From positions 64,001-128,000 of the forward strand of contig CAVWFS010000007.1 in the NCBI GenBank assembly GCA_963754315.1: a stretch of 64,000 nt of DNA. The letters are read 5' to 3'. Below, one piece after another: positions 1 to 9,983 of the stretch. Every line of letters begins with the position of its first letter. The first letter of the stretch is position 1. The translations under genes and the position numbers were made by a program. Under the pieces are notes generated by a model that saw only the letters and a list, made by a program, of their open reading frames with translations, did not search any database and was not told where the DNA came from. Origin of the DNA: an uncultured Candidatus Rokubacteria bacterium. GTDB taxonomy: Bacteria > Methylomirabilota > Methylomirabilia > Rokubacteriales > CSP1-6.

Positions 1-1144
1 CCGCGTCCCCGCGTAGATCCTGGATGCGGTCCGTCCGCTCCCAGGCGAACTCGGGCTCGGAGCGCCCAAAATGTCCGTAGGCGGCGGTCTTCTTATAGAT
101 GGGTCGGCGCAGGTTCAGGTACTTGATGATGCCGGCCGGCGTGAAGTCGAAGTGGCGTCTGACGAGCCCTTCCAGGACCAGATCCGGGGCCTTCCCCGTC
201 CCGAACGTCTCGACCATGATGGATACGGGCTCAGCGACCCCGATGGCATAGGCCACCTGGATCATCACGCGCTCGGCCAGCTCTGCCGCCACCAGGTTCT
301 TGGCCACGTGGCGGGCCATGTAGCAGGCGGAGCGGTCGACCTTTGTGGGGTCCTTGCCGGAGAAGGCTCCCCCTCCGTGTGGGCACGAGCCGCCGTAGGT
401 GTCGACGATGATCTTGCGGCCGGTGAGGCCGGTGTCGCCCATGGGCCCGCCGGTGACGAAGCGGCCCGTGGGATTGACGTGGAACACGCACTGGGCGCGA
501 TCGAGGAGGTGGGCGGGTACGGTGGGCATGATGACGTGTTCGATGACGTCCTCACGGATGCGCGCTGCCGTGGCCTCCGGCGCATGCTGGGTGGAGATCA
601 CCACCGTCTCAACCGACACCGGTTGCCGGTCGACGTAGCGCACCGAAACCTGCGACTTGCCGTCCGGCCGCAGGTAGGGCAGCTGCCCGTTCTTGCGCAC
701 CTCGCTGAGACGCATGACAAGCTTGTGGGCGAGCGTGATGGGCAGCGGCATCAGCTCGGCTGTCTCGCGGCAGGCGTACCCGAACATCAGCCCCTGATCA
801 CCCGCGCCGAAATTGTCGACACCCATGGCGATATCGGAGGACTGCTTGTCAATCGAGGTCATGATCGCGCACGTCTCGTGGTCGAAGCCAAACTTGGCGC
901 GGGTATATCCGACCTCCCGGATCGTGTCGCGGGCGATGCGGGGTATGTCCGCGTAACAAGACGTGGTGATCTCCCCTGCCACCATCACGAGCCCGGTCGT
1001 CACCAGCGATTCGCAGGCCACCCGAGCCGTGGGATCCTGGGCGATGATCGCGTCCAGAACCGCGTCGGAGATCTGGTCGGCTATCTTATCGGGGTGACCT
1101 TCGGTGACCGACTCCGACGTGAACAGGTACTGATCCCGCGCCAT
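1..1144 (-). CDS. metK: S-adenosylmethionine synthetase (3' end runs off window)
   Basis: Manual translation from ATG 1144: [32 protein letters not shown], later GAGDQG and [25 protein letters not shown] upstream. Absent from the ORF track. Confidence 0.97.
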   Translation of the reverse strand, partial: MARDQYLFTSESVTEGHPDKIADQISDAVLDAIIAQDPTARVACESLVTTGLVMVAGEITTSCYADIPRIARDTIREVGYTRAKFGFDHETCAIMTSIDKQSSDIAMGVDNFGAGDQGLMFGYACRETAELMPLPITLAHKLVMRLSEVRKNGQLPYLRPDGKSQVSVRYVDRQPVSVETVVISTQHAPEATAARIREDVIEHVIMPTVPAHLLDRAQCVFHVNPTGRFVTGGPMGDTGLTGRKIIVDTYGGSCPHGGGAFSGKDPTKVDRSACYMARHVAKNLVAAELAERVMIQVAYAIGVAEPVSIMVETFGTGKAPDLVLEGLVRRHFDFTPAGIIKYLNLRRPIYKKTAAYGHFGRSEPEFAWERTDRIQDLRGDA

Positions 1145-1189
1145 TCGCGCTCCTCCTGGGGATGTCTGGCAACTCGGCACAGCCCGGCA

Positions 1190-1198
1190 AGTCTAGCA
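1190..1198 (-). promoter_or_regulatory. Extended -10 element for metK
   Basis: TGC-TAGACT on minus strand about 45 nt upstream of the metK start. Confidence 0.4.
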
Positions 1199-1215
1199 CG
1201 CGCGCCGGCGCGCTC

Positions 1216-2261
1216 TCAAGGCACCAGGCGGGCCTTGAGCGCGTCGAGGAGCGGGATGGGCCAAGGATCCCGCCCACCGAGCATGGCGAGATAGTAGCTC
1301 GTCCACTGACCCAAGTAGGCGAGCGAAATGAGGCGAGCCAAGCGTCCCTTTCCTCGAGTCCACACCTCGAGCACCGCCCCCCCTGCGCCTGGCGCGATCA
1401 GATCCCGCAGGATGGCAAAGCGGCGCGCGATGGCCGGGGACTCTTCGTCATCGCGGAGGAGGATCGCCTGGATCTCCCGTGCCCGTTCTCCCTGCCAGGC
1501 CTCGATCTCGTTGTGGTTCATCTCCGGCACCACGCCCGTGAGGGCGAACAACTTGGCGTTTTCCGCGAAGTCGGTCTTCCAGCGGTACACGGCGGCTTGG
1601 GTGGTCGGACCCCCATACAAAGCCGGAATCCTGTCCCCGATGGCCAAGGCGAGACGCTTGGCCTCGTTGCCCTCTACGGGCTCGGCCGGCCCGAGTTCGC
1701 GAGCCAAGGTTTCGATCACGTCGACCGCTTCCCCGACCTCGTCCACAGAAGCCAAGGGGAGCCCGACCTGGGCGAGCACGGTAAGGAGCGGAAAGAAGAG
1801 GTACCCCAAGGCCATCCGCGGCATGAGCCCCCCGGCAGTAACACCCTCGGTGCGCCATGACGCTCGGCGAGGCGCCCTAACGTCCCACCGGTTGTGACGA
1901 CGACCAGGCCGTGTCCCCGCTCGAGAGCCCTCTCGGCCGCCGAGAGGGTCTCGACGGTTTCTCCCGAGTAGGACGAGGCAATGACCAGTGTGTCAGCGGG
2001 GGCCGCCGGAAGGCCGTATCCCCTGTGCACAAGGAGCGGAACGCGCAGGGTGTCAGCGGCGCGCGCCGCGAGGAGATCTCCACCCGCCGCGGAACCGCCC
2101 ATGCCGGCCACAATGATGGCGCCTGGGGTGGACAAGGGAGGGCCGCCGGCCATTCGCAGGGCCAGAGCTTCCCGACACTGTTCGGGAAAGGCGGCAAGCA
2201 CATCGCGGACGCGGTGCTCGTCGAGGCGCGCCAGCCAGACGAGATCGTCGAGATTTACCAC
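1216..2261 (-). CDS. Bifunctional phosphoglucose/phosphomannose isomerase (two SIS domains), frameshifted at G6 run 1828-1833
   Basis: ORF 1716-2261 has GMGGSA and SYSGETVET. ORF 1216-1824 has PRMALG, RWKTDFAENAK and PEMNHNEIE. One extra G restores LPGGLMPRMA. Confidence 0.88.
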
Positions 2262-2291
2262 ACGCTCCCCTCACGAGGGCCGGGCCCCCTC

Positions 2292-3167
2292 TCACTCACG
2301 CTCGAGGTCCCGATGGGTCACAGTGGCCTCGAAGCCCAACTCGCCGAGGACGCGGCGCAGCTCTTCGACCAGCGCGACCGAGCGGTGGCGGCCACCGGTG
2401 CAGCCAATAGCGACGGTGAGATAGGCCTTGCCCTCGCGCTGATAGGAGGGCAGCAGAAACTCCAGCATCGATCTCAGATGCGCCATGAACCCGAGGGTGG
2501 CCTCCTGCTCGACCACGAACCGGCGAACACGCTCGTCCCGTCCGTCGAGCGGCCGCAACTCGTCCACGAAGTGCGGATTGGGGAGAAAGCGCACGTCGAA
2601 CACGAGATCGGCATCCACGGGGAGACCATGCTTGAACCCGAAGGAGACGAGAGAGGTGGCCAGACCCATCCGGGCGGCGGGGACCACGTACAGGTCGGCC
2701 AGCCGCGCCTTGAGCTGATGCACGGTAAGCCCGGAGGTGTCGATGATCCGATCGGCGATCTCCCGTAGATGGGCCATGGCCTTCCGCTCGGCGCGAATGG
2801 CCTCCAGCACGCTGCGATTCTCGTCCCCGAGAGGGTGGCGACGCCGTGTTTCGTGGAATCGGCGGACGAGCGCGTCCTCGTGCGACTCCAAGAAGAGCAC
2901 CTCCACTCGATGGCCGCGGGCCTTGACCTCATCGAGCGCCTCGAGCAGGTGCGAGAAGTACTCCCCTTCCCTGACATCCACGCCGAGGGCGACCCGGGAA
3001 CCGGGCCGGGGGGATCGGGCGACCAGATCGGCAAAGGTCGGGATGAGGGTGGTGGGGAGATTGTCTACGCAGAAGAAACCCATGTCCTCGAAGCACTTGA
3101 TGGCGTTGCTCTTGCCAGCGCCACTGAGGCCAGTGATCACGACGAAGGAGACGGCCGTGGTCTCCAC
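2292..3167 (-). CDS. rapZ: RNase adapter / P-loop protein RapZ (YvcJ)
   Basis: ITGLSGAGKS, CVDNLP, SFGFKHG, DVRFLPNPH, IGCTGGRHRSV. Confidence 0.96.
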   Translation of the reverse strand: METTAVSFVVITGLSGAGKSNAIKCFEDMGFFCVDNLPTTLIPTFADLVARSPRPGSRVALGVDVREGEYFSHLLEALDEVKARGHRVEVLFLESHEDALVRRFHETRRRHPLGDENRSVLEAIRAERKAMAHLREIADRIIDTSGLTVHQLKARLADLYVVPAARMGLATSLVSFGFKHGLPVDADLVFDVRFLPNPHFVDELRPLDGRDERVRRFVVEQEATLGFMAHLRSMLEFLLPSYQREGKAYLTVAIGCTGGRHRSVALVEELRRVLGELGFEATVTHRDLERE

Positions 3168-3170
3168 GAC

Positions 3171-4607
3171 TCACTTCCGCGGCAGCAGTCGCCGCTGATG
3201 CGAGGGCAGGATCCCCAGCTCCTCCCGGTACTTGGCCACCGTACGACGGGCGATGGTGAGCCCGCGCCCTTTCAGGTAGTGCGCGATCTCCTGATCGGAC
3301 AAGGGCTTGGCGGCATCCTCGGTAGCCAGATGATCCTGAATCATCTTCTTGACTGAGACCGAGGACACCATCTCGCCGCCACCGCCGGCGATGCCGCTAT
3401 GAAAGAAGTATTTCAGCTCGAACAGCCCCTGCGGCGTCTCCACGTACTTGTTGGTGGTCACGCGGCTGATGGTGGACTCGTGCATGTGGATGTCCTCGCC
3501 GACATCGCGGAGCGAGAGGGGGCGCAGATGCGCGATGCCGCGGTCCAGGAAGTCGCGCTGGAACTTCACGATGGACTGGGTGACCTTGCGCAAGGTGCGC
3601 TGACGCTGATCCACGCTCTTGATGAGCCACTCCGCCGAGCGAAGCTTCTGGACGACGTACTGACGGGCATCGTCGTCGCCCGAGCCCCGCAGAAGCGAGC
3701 GATACAGCGCGTTCACCCGCAAGCGGGGGATCCCTTCCTCGTTGAGGATGACCGAATATTCGCCCCCGACCTTCTGCACGACGACGTCGGGCACGATATA
3801 GCGCGAGTCGCTCCCCCCGAAGCGCCGACCCGGCTTGGGCTCGAGGGCCATGATCTCCTCGATGGCTTCCATCACCCGGTCGAGAGGGCGCTTGAGCGCG
3901 CGCGCGATGTCCGCGTAGCGGCGCTTGCTGAGGGCGTCGAAGTGCTCCTCCACGATCTCGATGGAGAGCGGGTCTGGCGTGGGATCGGCACGCAGCTGAA
4001 GGAGCAGGCATTCAGAGAGCGAGCGGGCGGCCACCCCGAGAGGGTCGAAGCTCTGCACGAGGGCCAGGACCTGTTCCACGTCCGCCTTCTCCACCTCGCA
4101 CCGTGCGGCAATCTCCTCGACGTTGGCGCGCAAATAGCCATCCTCGTCGAGGTTACCGATGATTTCCTCCCCGATCCGCCGGTGGCGGGGGTCCTCGATG
4201 GCGAAGCGTAGTTGCTCCTCGAGGTGCTCGGTGAGGGACACGGTCGTGCGGGCGAGGTTCTCGAAGGGGAGTTCCTCTCGATCTTCCTGGGCGACCAACG
4301 ACGGCTCCGGACTATCGTCGAACATCACCGCCGTGATGTCGAAGGGCAGCTCGTCTGCCCGTCGGTCGTCAGCCACCGTCGTCTCGGGGCGCGGGGGTTC
4401 GGGTGGGGGACCGGCATTCTCCGCGGGCGTCCCGTCCGGAGTCTCTGGTGTCTCCGGCGTTTCTTCCAGGAGTGGGTTCTCCAGCAACTCCCGCTGCACC
4501 ACTTCCTGGAGCTCGATGGTGGACAGCTGCAGGAGCTGGATCGCCTGCTGCAGGAGGGGCGTCATCACGACGCGCTGGCTCTGCCGCAGGGAAAGTCGGG
4601 TCTCCAT
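3171..4607 (-). CDS. rpoN: RNA polymerase sigma-54 factor
   Basis: MTPLLQQAIQLLQLS region I, HESTISR, RpoN box ARRTVAKYRE. Confidence 0.98.
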   Translation of the reverse strand: METRLSLRQSQRVVMTPLLQQAIQLLQLSTIELQEVVQRELLENPLLEETPETPETPDGTPAENAGPPPEPPRPETTVADDRRADELPFDITAVMFDDSPEPSLVAQEDREELPFENLARTTVSLTEHLEEQLRFAIEDPRHRRIGEEIIGNLDEDGYLRANVEEIAARCEVEKADVEQVLALVQSFDPLGVAARSLSECLLLQLRADPTPDPLSIEIVEEHFDALSKRRYADIARALKRPLDRVMEAIEEIMALEPKPGRRFGGSDSRYIVPDVVVQKVGGEYSVILNEEGIPRLRVNALYRSLLRGSGDDDARQYVVQKLRSAEWLIKSVDQRQRTLRKVTQSIVKFQRDFLDRGIAHLRPLSLRDVGEDIHMHESTISRVTTNKYVETPQGLFELKYFFHSGIAGGGGEMVSSVSVKKMIQDHLATEDAAKPLSDQEIAHYLKGRGLTIARRTVAKYREELGILPSHQRRLLPRK

Positions 4608-4632
4608 GGCTATGCGCGCTACCGCGGGGCGC

Positions 4633-5355
4633 CTACAGCGCGAACCTTTCGCCCAGGTAGATCTCGCGGGCCTTGGCGTTGCTGGTAATTTCGGAGGCGG
4701 TGCCCGAGACCAGGATGGTGCCGTCGTACATGATGTAGGCCCGGTCGGTGATGGCGAGGGTCTCGCGAACGTTGTGGTCGGTGATGAGGATTCCGATGCC
4801 GCGATCGCGCAGCCGATTGATGATCTCCTGGATGTCCCCGATGGCGATCGGGTCGATACCGGTGAAAGGCTCGTCGAGCATCAGGTATTGGGGTGAGGTC
4901 ACCAGCGCCCGGGTGATCTCGAGCCGTCTACGCTCCCCCCCGGACAGGGTATAGGCCGGGTAGGGAGCCAGGGTCGTGAGATTCAATTCGGCCAGGAGGG
5001 TCTGGGCCCGCTCTCGCCGCTCGAGCCCGGAAAGGTCCAAGGTCTCCAAGATGGCGAGCAGGTTCTCGGCGACGGTGAGCTTGCGGAACACCGATGATTC
5101 CTGGGGCAGATACCCGATCCCGAGCCGACAGCGCTGGTACATGGGCATCCCGGTGATCTCCTGCCCTTCCAAGAAGATGTGTCCGCGGTCCACGGGCAAG
5201 AGCCCGACCATCATGTAGAAGGAAGTCGTCTTCCCTGCCCCGTTGGGACCGAGCAAGCCGACCACTTCGCCCCGCTGGATGTCGAGGGAGAGATTGGCCA
5301 CCACCTTGCGGTGCTTGAACCACTTTTCGAGCCCCTGCGCGACCAGCCCCTCCAT
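4633..5355 (-). CDS. lptB: LPS export ABC ATPase
   Basis: GPNGAGKTT, GYLPQE, LSGGERRRLEI, ITDHNVRETL. Confidence 0.97.
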   Translation of the reverse strand: MEGLVAQGLEKWFKHRKVVANLSLDIQRGEVVGLLGPNGAGKTTSFYMMVGLLPVDRGHIFLEGQEITGMPMYQRCRLGIGYLPQESSVFRKLTVAENLLAILETLDLSGLERRERAQTLLAELNLTTLAPYPAYTLSGGERRRLEITRALVTSPQYLMLDEPFTGIDPIAIGDIQEIINRLRDRGIGILITDHNVRETLAITDRAYIMYDGTILVSGTASEITSNAKAREIYLGERFAL

Positions 5356-5359
5356 CGAG

Positions 5360-5950
5360 TCAATTCTGGCAGGGAATCTGGGGCTTGGCGGCGGGCGGTG
5401 TTCCGTCGGCGGCCTGACGCGCGTCGTCCCGTGGAAAGAACTGTGCCTTCACCCGGCCCTGAGGGCTCCCCTGCACGACACTGCGATCCTCGGACAGGTA
5501 GATGTCGATGGTGTCACCGCTGACGACGTTGTCGTCCTGCCACACGCGGGCGTTGCCCAGGAGGCGAACGAGGCGCTGGGGCTCGAAGTACTCGGCGCGC
5601 TGAGCTGTGCCCATACGGCATTCCTTGGTAACGATGCGCACGTTGCCGCTGGAGACGGTCCGGAGAATCCTGTCGCCGCGCTCGTCCAGATACACCTCCA
5701 TACGGTCCGTGTACTGGACCGAGTCATCTTGTCGGGCGACCACGTTGCCCGAGAATACGACGAGGTTCTCCTTGCCGAAGCGTTCCATCTTGTCGGCGTC
5801 AACCGTTACCGGTTGCCGTTCCTCGTTTTTCTTGGCTGCGGGACTGCCCCCTGGCGTCGGCGAGCGCGGTGCCTGCGCTGCTGCCGGCATGACGGCCAGC
5901 CCGAGACACATCAGGAGGACGACGCCTCGTGTCGAGCGCCAGAATTTCAT
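5360..5950 (-). CDS. lptA: LPS periplasmic transport protein (OstA-like)
   Basis: True start MKFWRS at 5950 with ATGA overlap to lptC. Signal peptide, FSGNVVARQ and LLGNARVWQDDNVVSGD beta-jellyroll pattern. Confidence 0.9.
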   Translation of the reverse strand: MKFWRSTRGVVLLMCLGLAVMPAAAQAPRSPTPGGSPAAKKNEERQPVTVDADKMERFGKENLVVFSGNVVARQDDSVQYTDRMEVYLDERGDRILRTVSSGNVRIVTKECRMGTAQRAEYFEPQRLVRLLGNARVWQDDNVVSGDTIDIYLSEDRSVVQGSPQGRVKAQFFPRDDARQAADGTPPAAKPQIPCQN

Positions 5951-6492
5951 GACGCCGGGCGCCGCTCGAAGGTGGCCTTCACCCGACCCGACACGGTTGT
6001 GGTCTCCTCGCTCACCCTGACCTCCAGGGCCGAGCCGGTGATCACCCCGCTCCCGTGCGTGATCCTCACCGGCGCGTCCGTCCAGACGCGCTTGTCCTTG
6101 TTGCTCCACCGCAGCACTGTCGTGTCGAGCCTGAGGCCGTCGCTCGAAGTGAGCACCACGTCGCCACGAATCTCGAGGTCGTTGCGGCCGTGGAAGAGCT
6201 CGCCCTCCGCACCCCGGATAACCCACGTCCGATCCGGTTCCTCAACCTCCACCTTGACCTCACGAAGGCTCGTACGCTCCTCCCGCTCGAACACCATGGC
6301 CTGCTTGGCGATCAGATGCCAGCGCAGCTTGCCCGATTCCTCACGGATGTTCACCTCCTTGACCGTGAGGTCCGCGGACGACGCCGGTACCGTTTCCGCA
6401 AGGGTCGCGCGGCGGTTCCTGATCAGCACCCCGGCCACCACCGCGGTGAAGACGACCACAACAACAATGATTCCTAGCGCGAGCCGTTGCAT
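5947..6492 (-). CDS. lptC: LPS export protein LptC
   Basis: N-terminal TM helix, jellyroll pattern VWTDAPVRI, position before lptAB. Confidence 0.9.
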   Translation of the reverse strand: MQRLALGIIVVVVVFTAVVAGVLIRNRRATLAETVPASSADLTVKEVNIREESGKLRWHLIAKQAMVFEREERTSLREVKVEVEEPDRTWVIRGAEGELFHGRNDLEIRGDVVLTSSDGLRLDTTVLRWSNKDKRVWTDAPVRITHGSGVITGSALEVRVSEETTTVSGRVKATFERRPAS

Positions 6493-6503
6493 TTATCGAT
6501 CCG

Positions 6504-6519
6504 TGCAATTTTGGTACCA
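6504..6519 (-). promoter_or_regulatory. Sigma-54 -24/-12 promoter element
   Basis: TGGTACCAAAATTGCA matches TGGCAC-N5-TTGCW with exact GG-N10-GC spacing. Confidence 0.7.
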
Positions 6520-6567
6520 GCCTATCACAGAGGGAAGGCTAGTCGCCCGAAAATGGTCTAGCCTCGC

Positions 6568-7539
6568 TCAGACGATCTTCGCACGCAGGATGTCGTGCAT
6601 GTGAATGATGCCATAGGGGCGATGGTCCTGGTCGACGATGACCAGGCTCGTGATGGCAAACGCTTCCATCACCTCGAGGGCCTTGGCGGCGAGCTCATCG
6701 GATGCGATGAGTTTGGGGTGTCGAGTCGCCATTTCCTGGGCCGTGAGCTCGCCGACCGGAAGGTCTTGCAGATGTAGCCGACGCAGGTCCCCGTCCGTGA
6801 TGACCCCGACGAGCCGCCCGTTGGTGTCGACCACGGTGGTCATACCAAAGCGTCGGCGGGTCATCTCCACCACGACGTCTCTCAGCTTCGTATCATTCGC
6901 GACCACCGGCACCGCCTCCCCCGTGTGCATGAGATCGGCCACGCGGAACAGAGCACGCCAACCCAAGGTTCCGCGGGGATGGAGGGCGGCGTAGTCTTCG
7001 GGACGAATCCCACGGCGCTCCAGGAGCGCCATCGCCAGCGCGTCGCCAGCGGCGAGGGCAGCCGTCGTACTCGCGGTGGGTGTCAAATTCATGGGGCATG
7101 CTTCCTCAGGCACGCTGATGTCGAGGACGACCTCACTCTGGCGCGCGAGGGGCGAAAGGGGTCTTCCGGTCAAGAGCACAATGGGTACCCCCAACCGCTT
7201 CAGCGGTGGCAAGATGGCGAGCATCTCCTCCGTCTCCCCGGAGTTGGAGAGGGCAAGGACAACATCCCCGCGCGAAACCATGCCCAGATCTCCGTGCACA
7301 CCCTCTGCAGGGTGCAAGAAATGGGCGGGTGTTCCCGTCGAGGCCAAGGTTGCCGCGATCTTGCGGCCGATGATCCCCGACTTGCCGATGCCCGTCACGA
7401 TCACGCGGCCCGCTGCGCCCTGGAGCATCGTCACCGCTCGGTCGAAGGAGTCGTCCAGCTTCCCGATGAGCCCGAGGATTCCCTCGGCCTCGAGCCGGAG
7501 GACGCGCTCCGCCGTCTGGCGGGACCGGGAGAGGCTCAT
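6568..7539 (-). CDS. kdsD: D-arabinose-5-phosphate isomerase (SIS plus 2 CBS)
   Basis: [25 protein letters not shown]-terminal CBS pair. Confidence 0.95.
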   Translation of the reverse strand: MSLSRSRQTAERVLRLEAEGILGLIGKLDDSFDRAVTMLQGAAGRVIVTGIGKSGIIGRKIAATLASTGTPAHFLHPAEGVHGDLGMVSRGDVVLALSNSGETEEMLAILPPLKRLGVPIVLLTGRPLSPLARQSEVVLDISVPEEACPMNLTPTASTTAALAAGDALAMALLERRGIRPEDYAALHPRGTLGWRALFRVADLMHTGEAVPVVANDTKLRDVVVEMTRRRFGMTTVVDTNGRLVGVITDGDLRRLHLQDLPVGELTAQEMATRHPKLIASDELAAKALEVMEAFAITSLVIVDQDHRPYGIIHMHDILRAKIV

Positions 7540-8381
7540 GGGGTCACGGCCTTTCGGATGGCGAGGATCTCGTCCAGCAACCGGGGCAGGTCGTCGATAC
7601 GGAGCATGTTGGGACCATCGGAAAGGGCGCGGCCATCGGGCAACGTCCGATCCGGATCCTCGTGCATCTCCATGAAGAGGGCGTCCACGCCGAAGGCAAC
7701 CGCCGCCCGGGCGAGGGCCGGCACGTACTGGCGCTCGCCGCCCGAGCGATTGCCCGCCGCTCCCGGCAGCTGCACCGAGTGCGTGGCATCGAACACGACG
7801 GGATAGCCAAGGGCACGCATGTCGGCCAGGGCGCGCAGGTCCACCACAAGATTGTGATAGCCGAACGAGGTGCCGCGTTCGGTGAGCAGGATGCCCTCAT
7901 TGCCGGTGGACAGGATCTTCTCCACGACGTTACCCATGTCCCGGGGAGCCACGAACTGGCCCTTCTTCACGTTCACGGGTCTTCCCGTCCGCCCGGCCGC
8001 CACCACGAGGTCCGTCTGCCGGCAGAGGAAGGCCGGGATCTGCAGCACGTCGAGCACCTCGGCCGCTCGTTCGACCTCGCTCACCTGGTGAACGTCGGAG
8101 AGGACTGGTAAGCCCACTGTCTGGCGAACCTTGGCCAGGATGCGAAGGCCCTCCACGAGCCCGGGCCCACGGTAGCTGTCGATGGACGACCGGTTGGCCT
8201 TGTCGTAGGACGATTTGTAGACGAACGGCACGCGCCGCGAGGTGGCAATCCCCGCCAACCGTTCGGCGGTCATGAGCGCATGCTTCTCATTCTCGATGGC
8301 GCACGGGCCCCCGATGAGGACCAAGGGCCGGTGCCCTCCCACCCTGACCGCGCCGATCGCCACCTCGCGCGTGGGGTTCAT
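7536..8381 (-). CDS. kdsA: KDO-8-phosphate synthase
   Basis: True start MNPTREV at 8381 (ATGA overlap). [36 protein letters not shown]. Confidence 0.97.
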   Translation of the reverse strand: MNPTREVAIGAVRVGGHRPLVLIGGPCAIENEKHALMTAERLAGIATSRRVPFVYKSSYDKANRSSIDSYRGPGLVEGLRILAKVRQTVGLPVLSDVHQVSEVERAAEVLDVLQIPAFLCRQTDLVVAAGRTGRPVNVKKGQFVAPRDMGNVVEKILSTGNEGILLTERGTSFGYHNLVVDLRALADMRALGYPVVFDATHSVQLPGAAGNRSGGERQYVPALARAAVAFGVDALFMEMHEDPDRTLPDGRALSDGPNMLRIDDLPRLLDEILAIRKAVTP

Positions 8382-9982
8382 GCGCGGGCTTGGTGGGCGA
8401 GGGCGGCCGCCACGAATCCCGCAAAGAGCGGGTGGGGCTCCCAGGGCCGGGACCGGAATTCGGGGTGGAACTGGCCCGCCACGAAGTACGGATGCTCGGG
8501 GATCTCGATGATCTCCACGACCTGCTTCTCGGCCCAGACCCCTGACACGCGCAGACCGTTCTTCTCGAGCACTTGCAAGTAATCGTTGTTGACCTCGTAG
8601 CGATGCCGATGTCGCTCGCGGATGATGCCCTCCCCATACAGCCGGGACACGATACTGCCTTCGGCCAGCACGATGGGGTACAGGCCAAGACGCATGGTGC
8701 CGCCCTTGGCCTCGATGGTCCGCTGCTCGGGAAGCAGGTCGATGACACGGTGGGGAGCGGTCGGCTCGAACTCGGAGGAATTGGCGCCGGTCAGGTCGCA
8801 CACGTGACGGGCGAATTCGATGACCGCACATTGCATGCCGAGGCAGATTCCGAAGAACGGGATTCCCTGCTCTCGCGCGTGACGCACGGCCGCCACCTTT
8901 CCCTCGATCCCGCGGTCACCGAAGCCGCCGGGCACCAGAATGCCGTGAACCCCGTCCAGATGACGGGGGGCCCCGTCGCGCTCGACGTGCTCGGCATCGA
9001 TCCAGCTCACGTCGACGCGGGCATCGTGGGCGATGCCCCCATGGGCGAGTGCTTCGGTCAGACTCTTGTAGGAGTCTTTCAGCTCGGTGTACTTGCCCAC
9101 CACGGCGATGCGCGCTTCCCGACGCGGCGAGGTGACCCGACGGACAACGTCCTCCCAGCGACCGAGGTCGATGGGTCGTTCCGCGAGTCCGAGTAGTTTT
9201 ACCACGATGGCGTCGAGCCCTTCTCGATGGAAGACGAGCGGGACCTCGTAGATCGTGTCGACGTCCTTGGCCGTGATCACCGCATCCTCTTCGACGTCGC
9301 AGAACAGCGCGATCTTCGCCTTGATGCCCGGGGGGAGATAGCGGTCGGTGCGGCACAGGAGGATGTCGGGCTGAATTCCGATGGCCCGGAGCTCTTTCAC
9401 CGAATGCTGGGTGGCTTTCGTCTTCAGCTCGGAAGCCGCCCGCATGAAGGGCACCAGGGTGAGGTGGACATAGATGCAGTTGTCACGCCCGACGTCCTTC
9501 TTGATCTGGCGCACGGCTTCCAGAAAGGGGAGGCCCTCGATGTCACCCACCGTGCCCCCCACCTCCACGATGGCCACGTCGGCGTCGTCCCCAACCCGTC
9601 GGATGGCGGCCTTGATCTCGTCCGTGATGTGCGGGATCACTTGGACAGTCCGGCCGAGGTAGTCCCCGCGGCGTTCCTTCTCGATCACGGAGAAGTAGAC
9701 CTTGCCCGTGGTGATGTTGTGGTCCCGCGTGACGCGGGGTGAGGTGAAGCGCTCGTAGTGCCCGAGATCGAGGTCGGCCTCGCCGCCGTCGTCGGTCACG
9801 AACACCTCGCCGTGCTGGTACGGGCTCATGGTGCCGGCGTCCACGTTGATGTACGGATCCATCTTCTGCAGCGAGACCCGGAACCCGCGCGCCTCGAGAA
9901 GCGCCCCGATGGCGGCCGACGCCAGGCCCTTCCCCAGCGATGAAACGACGCCCCCTGTCACGAAGATATATTTCGGCGCCAC
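8378..9982 (-). CDS. pyrG: CTP synthase
   Basis: GTG start 9982 after [37 protein letters not shown]. Confidence 0.98.
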   Translation of the reverse strand: MAPKYIFVTGGVVSSLGKGLASAAIGALLEARGFRVSLQKMDPYINVDAGTMSPYQHGEVFVTDDGGEADLDLGHYERFTSPRVTRDHNITTGKVYFSVIEKERRGDYLGRTVQVIPHITDEIKAAIRRVGDDADVAIVEVGGTVGDIEGLPFLEAVRQIKKDVGRDNCIYVHLTLVPFMRAASELKTKATQHSVKELRAIGIQPDILLCRTDRYLPPGIKAKIALFCDVEEDAVITAKDVDTIYEVPLVFHREGLDAIVVKLLGLAERPIDLGRWEDVVRRVTSPRREARIAVVGKYTELKDSYKSLTEALAHGGIAHDARVDVSWIDAEHVERDGAPRHLDGVHGILVPGGFGDRGIEGKVAAVRHAREQGIPFFGICLGMQCAVIEFARHVCDLTGANSSEFEPTAPHRVIDLLPEQRTIEAKGGTMRLGLYPIVLAEGSIVSRLYGEGIIRERHRHRYEVNNDYLQVLEKNGLRVSGVWAEKQVVEIIEIPEHPYFVAGQFHPEFRSRPWEPHPLFAGFVAAALAHQARA

Positions 9983-9983
9983 G

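Noticed and set aside
1145..1215. SAM riboswitch upstream of metK
   Set aside because: The leader is only about 45 nt and I see no SAM-class consensus
71..1294. 407-aa plus-strand ORF
   Set aside because: Antisense shadow of metK, typical of high-GC coding DNA
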